This document shows positions 1-12,264 of a stretch of 64,000 nucleotides of DNA, piece by piece. The translations under genes were made by a program, and so were the position numbers. The notes under the pieces are model-generated. The model was not told the DNA's origin and did not search any database. It was given only the letters and a program-made list of their open reading frames with translations. The DNA lies in contig OX597817.1 in NCBI GenBank assembly GCA_951406725.2, positions 107,818,001 to 107,882,000 of the forward strand. Reading direction: 5' to 3'. Each line of letters starts with the position of its first letter. The first letter of the stretch is position 1. The stretch comes from Octopus vulgaris. Taxonomy: Eukaryota.

Positions 1-190
1 AAAAGCACACTCACATACACATACATACGCACACACATGATGGGCTTCTGCGCAGTTTCCATCTACCAAATTCACTTGCAAGGCCTTAGTCAACCCAAGG
101 CCATAGTAGAAGACACTTGCATAAGTGCTGCAGAGTGGGACTGAACTCAAAACCACTTGCTTGGAAAGCAAGCTTCTTAACTACACACCC
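1..190 (-). mobile_element. tRNA-derived SINE family A, head portion
   Basis: similar to the head of full copies at 27236 and 62772 (agaagacacttg...gtgggactgaac...gcaagcttctt). Confidence 0.75.
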
Positions 191-601
191 ATATTATCAT
201 TATTATTATTATATTTTTAAAAGTTTATGTAGAAGACAAAGGATGGTGGTGTCCTGGTCTCTCTGTTTAGTGGAGTGGAGGAAAGAGAGGAAGAAACTAT
301 GATTGACTTTTTAAATCACAGCCAGGAATTATACCTCAACAGTATTCATCCAATCGATGTAGGTATGGAAAAGTGGACATAAAATCAATGAGGATGATGC
401 ATATATTTGTATGATTTATTTCAGATCTGTTATACTGATGGGCAGAAAGCTCAGTTTTAACAATTTTATTTTTCGTTTGTTCTGTATCAGTTTTTTTTTT
501 TCCCCCAAATTGTTATTCTTCTGTTAAAGCACATCAGTTTCTGTCTAATTTTTTTTTATATATTTATTAATGTATTTTTTCTGCCTCCTGTTTTCTTATA
601 G

Positions 602-760
602 CCTACCCTACCAACCCGTGGATGGGTGGTGAATCCTTTCAAGAACCCCTGGTGGACAATACTTGCTGCCATTATCCCTGCCATGCTATGCACCATTCTT
701 ATCTTTATGGATCAGCAGATTACTACTGTCATTGTAAATAGAAAAGAAAACAAACTGAAA
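602..760 (+). CDS. SLC4A8/SLC4A10-like: SLC4 Na+-coupled bicarbonate transporter, internal exon (first in window)
   Basis: ttttcttatag acceptor, gtaagt donor; translates [53 protein letters not shown] (SLC4 FMDQQIT..IVNRKE motif); 159 nt, phase 0-0. Confidence 0.95.
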
Positions 761-787
761 GTAAGTTTACTACATTTCAGTTTTACT

Positions 788-925
788 TTAACCCTTTAGC
801 ACTCAGATTATTCTGTCAAATGTAATGCTTAATTATTTACATTGTTTTGAATTTATCCTGCATTATCTTGTAACTTTGAAATTTCGATGATGTGATTGTT
901 TATGTGCAAAATGACTTTGATTGTT
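788..925 (+). mobile_element. piggyBac-like MITE fragment
   Basis: TTAA-CCCTTTAGCA start; same family at 23757 and 24146. Confidence 0.6.
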
Positions 926-1151
926 ATAATTTTCATATTTTGGTACTAGGCCAGCAAGTACGGCGGGAGGGCATAAGTTGATTACATTGACCTCAGTGTT
1001 CTGCTGGTACTTGTTCTACATCAATATATGGTTATATTATTTTGTTTTATGCATTTGAATACTCACCACCAACTCCCCTTTTACATGCAGCAGTACATAA
1101 GTTTGTGGAACTAACATTAAAAATTCCAATGAGAATCTGTATGTTATTAAT

Positions 1152-1322
1152 ACAAGGGTTGGCTGACCAAAATACTATCATTGAATGTGACCAAATGAGG
1201 TTTATTTTCTAACACAGTCCCCTTTACAGTCCATACACTTCTTCCATTAGCACTGCAGTACTCAGATCTCATTGGTGAAGAAGGTTTCATCCTGTTGCTC
1301 AAAAAAGTCATCAACAGCAGAT
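1152..1322 (-). mobile_element. mariner terminal fragment
   Basis: similar to the left end of the 54620 mariner (transposase 3' end on minus strand). Confidence 0.55.
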
Positions 1323-1622
1323 AGGATGAAAGGCAAAGTTGACCTTAGTGGAATTTGAACCCAGAATGTAAAGACGGATGAAATACTGCTAAAGCATTTC
1401 ACCCAGTATGCTAATGGTTCTGCCAGTTCACCACCCTCAATCAAAGCATAATATTGATTCCAGATTTTGGTACAAGGACAGAAATTTCGAGGAGGGAGCA
1501 AGTCAATTGTGTTGACCCCAGTGCTCAAGTGATATCTATTTTATCAACCCCAAAAAGATGAAAGGCAAAGTCACTAAACATTTTGGCTGGCATACTAACG
1601 ATTCTGCCAGCTCACTGCCTTC
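1323..1622 (-). mobile_element. two SINE family B copies
   Basis: ggatgaaaggcaaagt(t/c)gacc...ggaatttgaac...ctgccagctc motifs shared with the 3647 copy. Confidence 0.7.
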
Positions 1623-1767
1623 AATAAACATAATATTAACTTTTATTAACATGAAATAAAATTCTCTTTGTTTATCCTTAAATATTGCATGAAGCAAACT
1701 TTTCCAATAATAAAATTTCCATTTGATTAGTATTTTGTCACTGATGTTTCTTCCTTGTTTATTACAG

Positions 1768-1946
1768 AAAGGCCATGGTTACCATTTAGATCTCTTTGTA
1801 ATTGCTACCCTCATTTTAGTCTGTTCCTTCCTTGGCCTGCCATGGTTCGTGGCAGCCACTGTCCTCTCCATTACACATGTCATGAGTTTGAAAAAAGAAT
1901 CTCAATGTACAGCTCCTGGTGAAAGTCCAAAATTTCTTGGTGTTCG
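1768..1946 (+). CDS. SLC4A8/SLC4A10-like: SLC4 exon
   Basis: attacag acceptor, gtaagt donor; [10 protein letters not shown]...[38 protein letters not shown]; ends phase 2. Confidence 0.96.
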
Positions 1947-2333
1947 GTAAGTTATAAAACAATTTTATTGGAATAGTTCACTGTTCTACAAAGAGATTGT
2001 CTGTCTCTCCCTCTCTTTCTCTCTCTCATCTTTAGTGTTTTTATTTTCATCAACTTCATTGAAAACATATAAAAACTGCTCAACAAAGATTGCTATAGTT
2101 ATGACTGATGAATTCATATTTCTTTATTATCTTGCACCATAGCTCATATGTAGCATGTATATTAATAGCAGTGCCCCAGCATGGCTACAACCACTGGTTG
2201 AAACCAATAAAAGTGAGAGTGTGTTGAAAGTATTTAGCAAAATTAAAGGATGTTGTGTAATACTTTCTGTATTAACTCCATAAAATATAACATATTGTAT
2301 AGACAGTTGTTTTAAACTTGCTTTAATGTAGTT

Positions 2334-2396
<63 letters not shown>

Positions 2397-2594
2397 AATA
2401 TAAAAGCTGTACTATACATACAATCATTATTTATTATCATGTATATTGTGTGTACTATTGTGACAAATAGAATATTATAATGGCTTATTCATTTGACATA
2501 AAAAATTGTTGTTTATAATCACAACATTGTGTACCTTATGCATTATACTAACAATAATATCCTATACATTGACAGAAATAAATATCTTAGACTT

Positions 2595-2800
2595 GTGCTA
2601 GTGCCATATTAAAAGCACTGGTACTGGTGCCACAAAAAATGCACCACACTGGAGTGGTTGGCATTAGAAATGGCATCCAGCCATTTAAACCATGCCAGAA
2701 CAGACAATGGAACCTAGCATGGCCCCTGGCCTTACCAGCTCTTCTCAAACTGTTCAACCCATGCCAGCATGGAAAATGGACGTTGAATGATGATGATAAT
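2595..2800 (+). mobile_element. RTE-related non-autonomous retroelement/SINE (family C)
   Basis: gtggttggcattagaaatggcatccagcc core and ccatgccagcatggaaaatggacgttgaa(tga)n tail; other copies at 9230-9415(-), 9630-9750(-), 10860-11180(+). Confidence 0.65.
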
Positions 2801-3023
2801 GACTTTACATTTCTGGAATGGTATGGTCGAAGATCTGCTATAGACAATAGATAATCATTTGAAATATCTTGTAGTATTTAGTTGTATCACTAGTTTTTAC
2901 TTTGAAATTCTTCCAGGGTTGGCATTATCTTATATTTCTACTGAGAAGCGAAAATATGTACAGTATTACATAAATTTTTTTTTTCTTTGTGGTGGTTGGA
3001 GTCTCTTTCTTTATGAAAGTTAA

Positions 3024-3240
3024 TCCTTTTGTTACCAACCCAACTGAAACCGGTTCTGGCTCTGAGTACAAATGTCTTGTTTTCATAAGTTTTGAATTAA
3101 AATCTACCAAATCTTAGTCACAATTTATGTTCCCAACACTAGCTGAATGATAACTAAGTTATTTTACTAAATTCTTTGTTATATTTAAAGTAATTGAAAG
3201 AAACACAGAGCATCTCAAAATAAATACAATAACGAAAGGG
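3024..3240. mobile_element. piggyBac-like MITE
   Basis: TTAA on both sides; TIRs tccttttgtta / taacgaaaggg. Confidence 0.7.
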
Positions 3241-3310
3241 TTAACCTTGTACCTTATCAAATCAAAGTAATACTTTTGTCTTTGCTTTTTCTTTTTTCTT
3301 TTCTTTTTAG

Positions 3311-3383
3311 GGAACAACGAGTAACTGGTGTCCTTGTATTTCTTATGATTGGTATCTCGGTTACATTAACTCGTGTACTGATG
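3311..3383 (+). CDS. SLC4A8/SLC4A10-like: SLC4 exon
   Basis: polypyrimidine-ttag acceptor, gtaagt donor; (R)EQRVTGVLVFLMIGISVTLTRVLM completes the conserved VREQRVTG motif in phase. Confidence 0.95.
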
Positions 3384-3646
3384 GTAAGTACTACAGATTA
3401 AACATTGAAATCAGTAAATGTTTAGTTATGTTGTATTTACCATAGCAGTTGGACACTGTTGCTGCTAGACATATAGGTATCCTAGACTGCATCCAAAATG
3501 TGATCATACAATAGGCATAGGTATGTGTTGGAGTTGACAGATCAGTGACAACAGATATTCTTGTTGTTCTGCATAGTGGACTGAACAGTCGAGCATCACA
3601 AGCTGGTCTACCACATGTATAAGTTGATAGCTGGAGATATATACCT

Positions 3647-3863
3647 ATTTCTTTATTACCCACAAGGGACTAAACACAGAGGGGACAAACAAGGACAGAC
3701 ATAGGTATTAAGTCGATTACATCGACCCCAGTGCGTAACTGGTACTTAATTTATCGACCCCGAAAGGATGAAAGGCAAAGTCGACCTCGGTGGAATTTGA
3801 ACTCACAATACCGCTAAGCATTTCGCCTGGCGTGCTAACACTTCTGTCAGCTCGCCGCCTTAG
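3647..3863 (-). mobile_element. tRNA-derived SINE family B, full copy with TSD
   Basis: head aaggcggcgagctg, body gcctttcatcctttcggggtcgataaa, tail gggtaataaagaaat; 15-bp TSD tggagatatatacct at 3632-3646 and 3864-3878. Confidence 0.85.
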
Positions 3864-4039
3864 TGGAGATATATACCTGCCATCACTGTTCTGTGTTGTG
3901 ATGTTAACTGTTTAATGGTGTCAGGTTACTTGTTGATATGTTGTATGTAGTTTAGTTGTTGCTGGATGTTAGTAATAGTAGGTGTTTGGTAGAATGGGAA
4001 TAATTTCATCGTAAGCAAGCAATTCAACTGGGCAATCCT

Positions 4040-4562
4040 GCCTCTCAAAAGCTTTGGTCTATAGAATGATTCTCACAGCAGCTGATGGTATTCTGAGAAA
4101 CTATACAGGCTTCACAACCAAATAACTTTAAGGCTAGATTTACACATTCCTTCTGGTGTAAGGGACTGGAAAAACACTACTTCCTGTCCTATTACATCTG
4201 GAGACTCTAGGACCAGAGAAATTCCTGCAATATCACATAGAGCATTCTTAGCTGGGGGCCCTCCTTACTCATCTGGAGTTCAGAATTGCTAACTCTGCTT
4301 TGTCAGAAACTGATTGCAGTCCATATAAAATTTTGTTGTTGAAATTTGTGCAATTAATTACCTATACTTCTACAATATTTTAATGTTTTACACTGTTCCT
4401 AATAATATTTGATTATAACAATACAGTAGGAGTTTTATATATATATATATATATTATATCAAATTAGAGACAAATTTGATATAATATAATATTTTACTAT
4501 AAAATTGGATTCAATCTTAAATCTGATTTTTCCTTGTAAATTTGGATTTATTCCCTAATATT

Positions 4563-4570
<8 letters not shown>
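4040..4570 (+). mobile_element. degenerate Penelope-like GIY-YIG / 3' fragment
   Basis: broken frames give Y.GFT..FKARF.H, LS.YIW.L.D and PYSSG..NC.LC, like the 49763-50330 PLE endonuclease region. Confidence 0.55.
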
Positions 4571-4601
<31 letters not shown>

Positions 4602-5340
4602 ATAAATGGATATGGAGGTCCAGTAGAGTAAAAAAGGGAATGAAATGGGTCCACTATTCTATCTGGACCACATGCAAATAGAAGCAGACAGTTCCTGCTT
4701 GCTTGTAGTGAGATTCCCTTTCTGCCAACCACCAGCACTGCCTATCTTTTCTAGCACTCAGTAACAAATAATAAGAAGGTAGCCTCTCTAGAGTTTGCAA
4801 ATCACAGACCATGTTGTAGACAACCTAAAAGGTGGAACCTCCAGATCTGTGGAGATATTGAGCTACCTTCCTTACCAACAGCAAGCAGAAATAAAATTGA
4901 ACAGAGTACCAGTGGTTCAGCTGACATTAAGTTCAATATCGTGATTTCAACTCTACATGAATTTTCATCATCTTCATTTCCCCCAAGATCATGTTCTCTT
5001 TCCTTAATTTGCAATCAATCTATTGTTTAGACTGGTCTCAGTCTTCAGTGACAATGTGATAATAAACTTGACGTTATGATAAAACACACACACACATTCC
5101 AGTTTGTTGTAATGTGTTTATCATTTACTTTTTGTTATTCTTTCTTTTCTTATATCTCCTCTCTGCATACAACTCTCTAACTATATATTTTAAATTGGAT
5201 TTATCAAACATATTCAGTCTTGCTGTACTTTAGCTACAATAATTATGTCACTGTATGGAATATTATTTTGTTATTATTTTAACACTCTCATTGTCTCAAT
5301 TGATAAAAACCATTTCGGTATTATTTTTGTTTTTCTCTAG

Positions 5341-5586
5341 AAAATCCCCATGCCAGTATTATATGGTGTCTTCTTGTACATGGGTGTCTCATCGCTTCGT
5401 GGAATGCAGCTCGTCTGTCGTGTAATGATTATCTTCATGCCTGCTAAATACCAACCTGACTATATGTATCTTCGACACGTGAGAACTTCACGTGTTCACT
5501 TATTTACATTAATCCAACTCATTTGTTTGGGAATTCTCTGGGTAATAAAAACAATTAAGAAAATCTCAATCGCCTTCCCTCTCATG
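5341..5586 (+). CDS. SLC4A8/SLC4A10-like: SLC4 exon
   Basis: ttctctag acceptor, gttagt donor; KIPMPVLYGVFLYMGVSSLRGMQ...MPAKYQPDYMYLRHV..RVHLFTLIQ...AFPLM; 246 nt. Confidence 0.96.
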
Positions 5587-5635
5587 GTTAGTATAAAATT
5601 TGTTTAGATTTTTCTGTTTGCCTGTTCCATATATA

Positions 5636-6914
5636 TCAGGTCATCCCATAAGTTCTGCCTGAATTTGAATAAAGAAAACAAGTGATCAAATGTTATATTT
5701 AATTGAAATTTAATCATAATATACTTTCCCTGATTATCTATGACTTCCTTCCATCTATTTACAACCTTTTTAATCCCATCAATGTAAAACTCTTTTGGTT
5801 TCAAAGCGAAGAACTCTGAAATGTCAGTTTTGACCTCCTCCTGCTTTGCGAAAGTTATGTCCCCCAAATGATTCTGTAAACTACAATACAAATGGTAGTC
5901 TGAAGGAGCAAGGTTGGGAGAATAAGGTGGATGAGGAATTTTTCCCTAGCTCTTCGATCTTCTGTGATATGATCTTTGCAGTATGGGGTTGCACATTGTC
6001 CTGATGAAACATCACTCTTTTTTGATTCACTAAAGCGGGTCTTTTTTCCTTCAAAGCTTGGTTCAAATGCTCTAATTGCTGACAGTAGACTTGCGCATTG
6101 ATTGTTGCATTAGGTGGTAACAATTCAAAGTGAATTACTCCTTTCCAATCCCACCAGATAGAGAGAACCCTTTTCCCCATGAAGTTCCCTTCTCGGTTGT
6201 GGTTGAACTTTTTCCCTTTTACCAAGCCACTGTTTACAACGTTTAACATTTTGATAGAAAATCCATTTTTCCTCACCAGTCAGAAGTCTATCCAAAAAGG
6301 GTGAAATGAGTTCATGAGAAATGAGAAAAGAGCAGATGTCAACTTGGGATTTGCAGTTGTTTTCGGACAATTCATGAGGCACCCATTTTCCAAGTTTAGG
6401 AACCTTTTGAAGTTGTTGAAGATGATGATGAACAGTTGTATGGTTTGAACTAAGCTTTATTGCCAATTTTTCAACTTATAATGCAGGATTTTCTTCAAGT
6501 AATGCCTCAAGGAGCTTATCATCAAACTCTACTGGATGTCCTGTTCAATCTTCATCTTCAAGACTGAAATCTCCACTTCTGAATTTTGCAAACCATCTTC
6601 TGCAAGTTCTCTCATTCAAGCATCATTTCCCATATACTGAATGTATGTTTCGAGTCACTTCGGCTGCAGAGTTTCGTTTTTTGTACTCATAAAGCATTAT
6701 GTGCCTCAAATGCTCTTTGGATACTTCCATGTTAGAAAAAGTTTTAATCAAAGAAATTTTAATTTCATTATTCTGTAAAATAATATTTAATTAGTTTAAA
6801 TGTACACAAATGCATAAAAGCAATTTTTAATTCCATTACACATTCTGAAATACTATTAAATTTCATTCAATTTAAAAAAAGGCAAAATTGGACAGAACTT
6901 ATGGGATGAACTGA
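5636..6914 (-). mobile_element. full-length degenerate mariner (DD34D) transposon in SLC4 intron
   Basis: TIRs tcaggtcatcccataagttctg / cagaacttatgggatgaactga with TA TSDs; transposase from ATG at 6730 (MEVSKEHLRHIMLYEY), WVPHEL, WWDWKGVIHFELL, FHQDN, YSPNLAPSDY; stops and frameshifts. Confidence 0.93.
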
Positions 6915-7614
6915 TATATAGTCACTAATCAGTTGAGAAGCTTCTTTAAAATCAAATCTTGTGATTGCTGAAGCAACTTTGATTATCACTTTTATAAATA
7001 TTTCTTTCATATTTTGGGGGCAATAATGTTTACATGTATGCAGCATATATTTGTATTTCATCTGTCTATTTTTTATATTCATTGTTCTCTTCATAGCTAG
7101 CAGTTTCAAGTAATTTAACTTCATTGCTGACTTCTGCTTCATCACTGTTGTTAGAAAATGTCTTCTGTTTAATCATTGTAGAATTGTAATACCTCAGCTG
7201 CCTGAATTTCACTAAGTGTTGGGTTTTTAGTTGCAATAATCAATGGTTTGTATCATTTCTCAACACTGTGTTGTATCCATGGCTAAGAGGATTAACTCTC
7301 AATGATTCAATCATCTAGCTGTTGTAAACAGGATCTAAGGATAGGTACAGTTCACTGCTGTAAGTGATGGGAACACTGTACACTTAAGTAATTCATTAGC
7401 CTGCAGTATTGAGTTCAAGTTATCCTATAGTCTTGAGTCATTATAAATGCTCTTCTGCAATAGCCATATCTAACAAAATATATCACTTTCATGTGAATGT
7501 GAATTCAATATGAATTAATAACTGTGGGATTGCTGTATTGATATTTATTGGTTCTTTTGATAAACTATTGATTGGTTCTTTTAGATAATCCATTTTTACC
7601 ATATCTTGGATTAG

Positions 7615-7746
7615 GTTTTAGCCATGTGCTTCGTACGTAAAGGAATGGACTACATCTTCACCCAGAGGGAGTTGAAGTGGTTAGATGACATCATGCCAGA
7701 AGCTCACAAGAGAGCCAAAGAAGACGCTGAAAAACAAATGCAAGAA
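7615..7746 (+). CDS. SLC4A8/SLC4A10-like: SLC4 exon (last TM segment and start of C-terminal tail)
   Basis: ttag acceptor, gtaggt donor; VLAMCFVRKGMDYIFTQRELKWLDDIMPEAHKRAKEDAEKQMQE (SLC4 EL.WLDD.MPE motif); 132 nt. Confidence 0.93.
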
Positions 7747-8670
7747 GTAGGTTAAAATTCCATTCATCTTTTCTTTTTTTCATTTCTTTGTTTCATTTTT
7801 GTTAAATAGAATTCTGTATATTCTATATATTCATAGTTTCTAATATGGACAGAAAGTTAATGTGTATTTGTTTGTCAAGGGTGGATAGGAAATACCAAGT
7901 AGACAGAGCAATCAATTAGATCAATTGCAATATTTCACTGGTATTTATTTCATCTTAATGTATTTTCTGGTATACAAGTCAAATGTTTCAGACCAAAATT
8001 TTACAGCTCAGAAGGGTAGATTAACTCATAACCAAGATGACTCTGGAGGACCAAAACTTCCATATGAAATACAACAGGATTTGGAAAGATAGTGATGATG
8101 CTTGAATGTTTACACTATATACTACATCGGATTGTATGCTGGAAAATATGGTACCTGAAAAGATTTGAACTTGGATCCTAAAGATGTGTAATTAAATATC
8201 ACAATGCATTTTATTCATCTCTTTACAGATTCTACTTATCCATGGCCTTTTGTTATATTCCATTCAGTCATTTTTAATCCTCTGCTGGATGAAACCTCTG
8301 AATATTGTGGCTGGCTTATCTCTGTTCGTTGTGGGCCTACTTGTCCATGCTGGCCTATTATGGGTCTGTGTGTATAAAATGAAAAAGAGGAAAACCTATC
8401 TTATTCAGTTAATTCATTTAAATTCAGTTTGCTGTTTGAATTAACTACAAGCATTTTTCATCTCTTGATTTTCCATGAGTAAACATTAGTAAAAAAAAAA
8501 AAAATTCAGCTGCATGGAGAAGGAAAATTTTTATTCACATTTCTGGCATATTAAATAGGTTCCTTTCAAATAATTTCTCTGGAAATTCTTACTTTTTCTT
8601 GTTGGATTTTTTTTTTTTTTTTCCATAAATAAATCCAAATGTAATGTTTGATTTTTTTTTTCACTCGCAG

Positions 8671-8873
8671 GAAGAGATGAAGTTGATGGAGGGTGATCCA
8701 AATACTGAGATGCAAATTGACAGAATCACTATTAGCTCTGAGTTAGATACTGTGAATATCTCTCAAGAAATGTCCAAAACCTCCATATGGAAGACTATTG
8801 TGGCTTCAGACCAATCTAATCAACCCCAGCAGGAGCAAGAAAAATCCCATAAATCAGGAGATAACAGTAAAAA
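8671..8873 (+). CDS. SLC4A8/SLC4A10-like: SLC4 cytoplasmic C-terminal exon
   Basis: tcgcag acceptor, gtaagc donor; contains VNISQEMSKTSIW, resembling the NISDEM.KT..W motif of SLC4A7/8/10; ends phase 2. Confidence 0.88.
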
Positions 8874-9185
8874 GTAAGCCTTTTCATTGTTATATATATA
8901 TATCTGTCCTGTTTTAGTATATGTATGTATATATATATATGTGTGTGTGTATGGGGGAGTAGTGTTTGTGTATGTATGCATGTACGTATGTATGTATGTA
9001 TGTATGTATTTATGTATGTATGTATCTTTTTTTTCTTTTACGATCTCTTTTGATCGAAAACTTACCCCACCCATTTTTTTCTCCCCAAAAAGAAATGCTC
9101 TACTTTGTAATTTATCCCCTATGTTCAACCCTGTGTGGCTAATAAAGAAACATATCCATCCATCCATCCATCCATCCATCCATTC

Positions 9186-9222
<37 letters not shown>

Positions 9223-10089
9223 CCGTCATTATCATAATTTAATGTCTATTTTCCATGCTGGGAGCAACATGAGGTTCCATTGTCTGTTTTGGCATGATTT
9301 TTACTGCTTGATGCCCTTCCTAATGCCACCCACTTTACAAATTGTTCTGGGTGCTTTTTACATGGCACTAACACCAGTGCTTTATGCATGACACCAGCAC
9401 CAACAGGGTCACTAAAGTTACAGAGGGACTCTTACAGTAGAGTAGATACATGGATACCCCAGTTGGAAAAGAAAGAGTAAGTTAGTAAGATAAAGAGAGT
9501 GAAAGTGAAAGAGATGATGACAATGACGTGCTGGGACATGCTCTTGAGGGACATTGATGTTGGTGAGAATAGGTGAAGTGATATAGAAGTTTAGATCAGG
9601 TGAGTGGGCATGAGTGAGGTGTACACACACATATCATCAAACGTTTTAATGACTATTTTTTAATGCTTGCATGGATCAGATGAAACTGCACTGAGATAGA
9701 GTTATCTATGGCTGGACGCCCTTCCTAATGCTAGCCTTCACCTGTTTCCATGCAAGGAAATAATCCTTAGTCTGTTGAATAATGAACAGCTTGGACATAG
9801 TTATGTAGAGAACTAGAAACAAACATCTCCATCTGGGTGCACTTTTTACTTATGTAATAAGAAGATTGTGTAACATATCAACACATGTGAAGAAGCTCAG
9901 ACATGCTTTTGTAAGGGACTGCAAGTAAAAGATTCTGTTTGTTTGATCATTGATGCTTTTGTTTACAAACAGAGAACACACCTGCAAATGTAAAGATTTA
10001 TAAACTCACTGGTATTCTGTGAAGTTTCTGAAAACAGAGGCACCTGTAAAAATGTTTGTGCCACATGAATTTAAAATATAAGAATAATA

Positions 10090-10570
10090 TGCATCATGTT
10101 ATCACAAACTTTGTCTGCTGACAGCTGAAGGAAAAGAGAACTAAATCTGAGTTGGTCAGGCGATATTTCATCATTGAAATGTCAATAAAAACTGTCTGAA
10201 AAGTGACATTATAGGAGATAAAAATATGAATGTACAGCTGTAATGTCAAAACAAAAAGATAGTTGCTGCAGGGGTGTGGTGGATAGTCATTGCTGTAACC
10301 AGAAAAAAGCATGTCATTCAGAGAGTATTGTTCTTGACGAATTTGTTGCACATAGTCAGACAATTAAAGAATTTTACTTGGCTGTCTTGGGGCATTTAAG
10401 AGAAGCAGTGTAAAAGAAGAGGCCTGAGGCACTAACAAATGAAAACTGGATGCTGTACCACAACAATGCAACTGCCCACATGACACTCTTATGTGATCTT
10501 TTGGTTAAGTACGTAATGACTTTCACTTCTCCTCCTTGCCACCCTACTCTCTGAATTTGGTCCATATTGA
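10090..10570 (+). mobile_element. old mariner transposase fragment
   Basis: KKRPEALTNENWMLYHNNATAH and HPYS-like remnants of the HHDNAPAH / YSPDL motifs. Confidence 0.55.
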
Positions 10571-10859
10571 TCCATAAGGACATTATCCTGTTCCCAATGG
10601 AAAAATCCATAGTGTTTGGCCTTATGAGCAAGATGGGACAAGATTGTGAAGTGTGGTAACAGATTGTTCTGTAGTCTAGGCCAGTCCATACTGGGATAGA
10701 ACTGGTTAAAATGAAAGAACAGGGAGAGATGGGAGATGATTGAAGTGGAAGTGGTTTACAGATAAATACATAGAGGATGTGAGTTTGATTACTAATTTAG
10801 TTTGTTTTAGCCATAATGTCTAAGGCTCTGATGGAGCATGGACTTTTAAAATATCTCAA

Positions 10860-11180
10860 AGGATCTTTGTCTTGCAAGTTACTTGGGACCTTACCAGTGT
10901 TGGTGCCACCTAAAAAGCTATCCAGTCCACACTGTGAAGCGGTTGGCAATTGGAAGGGCATCCAACTGTGAAAGCCAAACCAAACTAACTACACCAGTGC
11001 TGGTGCCATGTAAAAAGCACTCAGTCCACTCTGTAAAGTGGTTGGTGTTTGGAAGGGCATCCAGCTGTAAAAACCATGCCATAACAGATAGTGAAGCCTG
11101 GTGCAATCGTCTGCCTGGCTAGCTCCTGCCAAACTGTTTAACCCATGCCAGCATGGAAAAGAGGCATTAAATGATGGCGA
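10860..11180 (+). mobile_element. family C RTE-related element with duplicated core
   Basis: two ggaagggcatcca(a/g)ctgt cores and a ccatgccagcatggaaaa tail. Confidence 0.65.
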
Positions 11181-11281
11181 CAGTGACAGCAACAATGGTG
11201 ACCATGACGACTTCAATGAAAATCAATGTATTAATGTATATAAAACACTGTATTTTTTTTCTCTTTTTATGTGTATTTTAG

Positions 11282-11525
11282 AAAGACTAAAAAACATGGT
11301 AAGAAATGTAGTCCAACCAAGGCATCTTCTGATGATAGCAGTTTGCCTCCAATTCCTGGCAGCCCTGGAGCTGAAGAATCTGGTTACAACTATAGTGGTT
11401 CCCCAAAGAAAAGAAATGTACCTGTAAAATTTTACATCGATGAATATGAGGAAAAGGAACATCTAATGACGGCACCTAATATTGTTGTTGAGCCGCCGAG
11501 TGAGCGTGGCTCTCCTGAGAAATAA
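11282..11525 (+). CDS. SLC4A8/SLC4A10-like: SLC4 terminal coding exon with stop
   Basis: tattttag acceptor in phase 2 matching the previous exon; KTKKHGKKCSPTKASSDDSSLPPIPGSP...VEPPSERGSPEK then TAA. Confidence 0.8.
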
Positions 11526-12166
11526 GATGGACAATTAGTGTGAATTGTGTGTTTGCACTAACTTTGATAGCCATTTCAGTGAGTCATATATGGCCAGTGT
11601 TGATAGTGATGTTAAAAAAAGGAAATACATTTTTCTGTGAAGTTCTTGTTCACAGGGAAACTACTTTTTCTACAGAAATTTCAAATGTTCTCTCCAACAA
11701 ACGAAGTATTGTATTTATAAGAAGAAAATTTGTTTACATATTTTTACTTCTTTTTCCTGGTTGCTAACAATCAACAGTACACTCTCCCTTGCATCTTTTT
11801 ATTTTTATTTTTAACAATCCCATGCAACAGTTCTATGTGAAATACAAATAATTTGTTAATAGTTAGGGAGAACAAAAAAAAAAAACAGATAGAAGATGAA
11901 AATTCACATGACCTATACATTAAACCTATTTTTATTTTTTGTTTTCTTCCATTTTTCTTAAAATGTAGTTTTAATATTTGTGCCAACCAAAACCTTAATT
12001 TGGAGTGTTGTGTTCATTTTAGAATTTTTACTTAATTTCATCTTCACCTTCTTACATCATATCATGTGAGATAAATTGAGATAATGCTTCCTACAGCAGA
12101 TGCTCGAAAAATGTTTAACTCTTTGACTTTGTGAAGAAAAAAATGGATTATTAATATTACTGCTCT

Positions 12167-12182
12167 TATTATTATTATTACT

Positions 12183-12262
<80 letters not shown>
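12167..12262. repeat. (ATT)n microsatellite
   Basis: direct reading; also (ATT)n at 2336-2392. Confidence 0.95.

Positions 12263-12264
<2 letters not shown>

Noticed and set aside
11101-11427. 108-aa ORF overlapping the last exon
   Set aside because: Starts in a repeat; only the 11282-11525 frame is phase-compatible with the upstream exon
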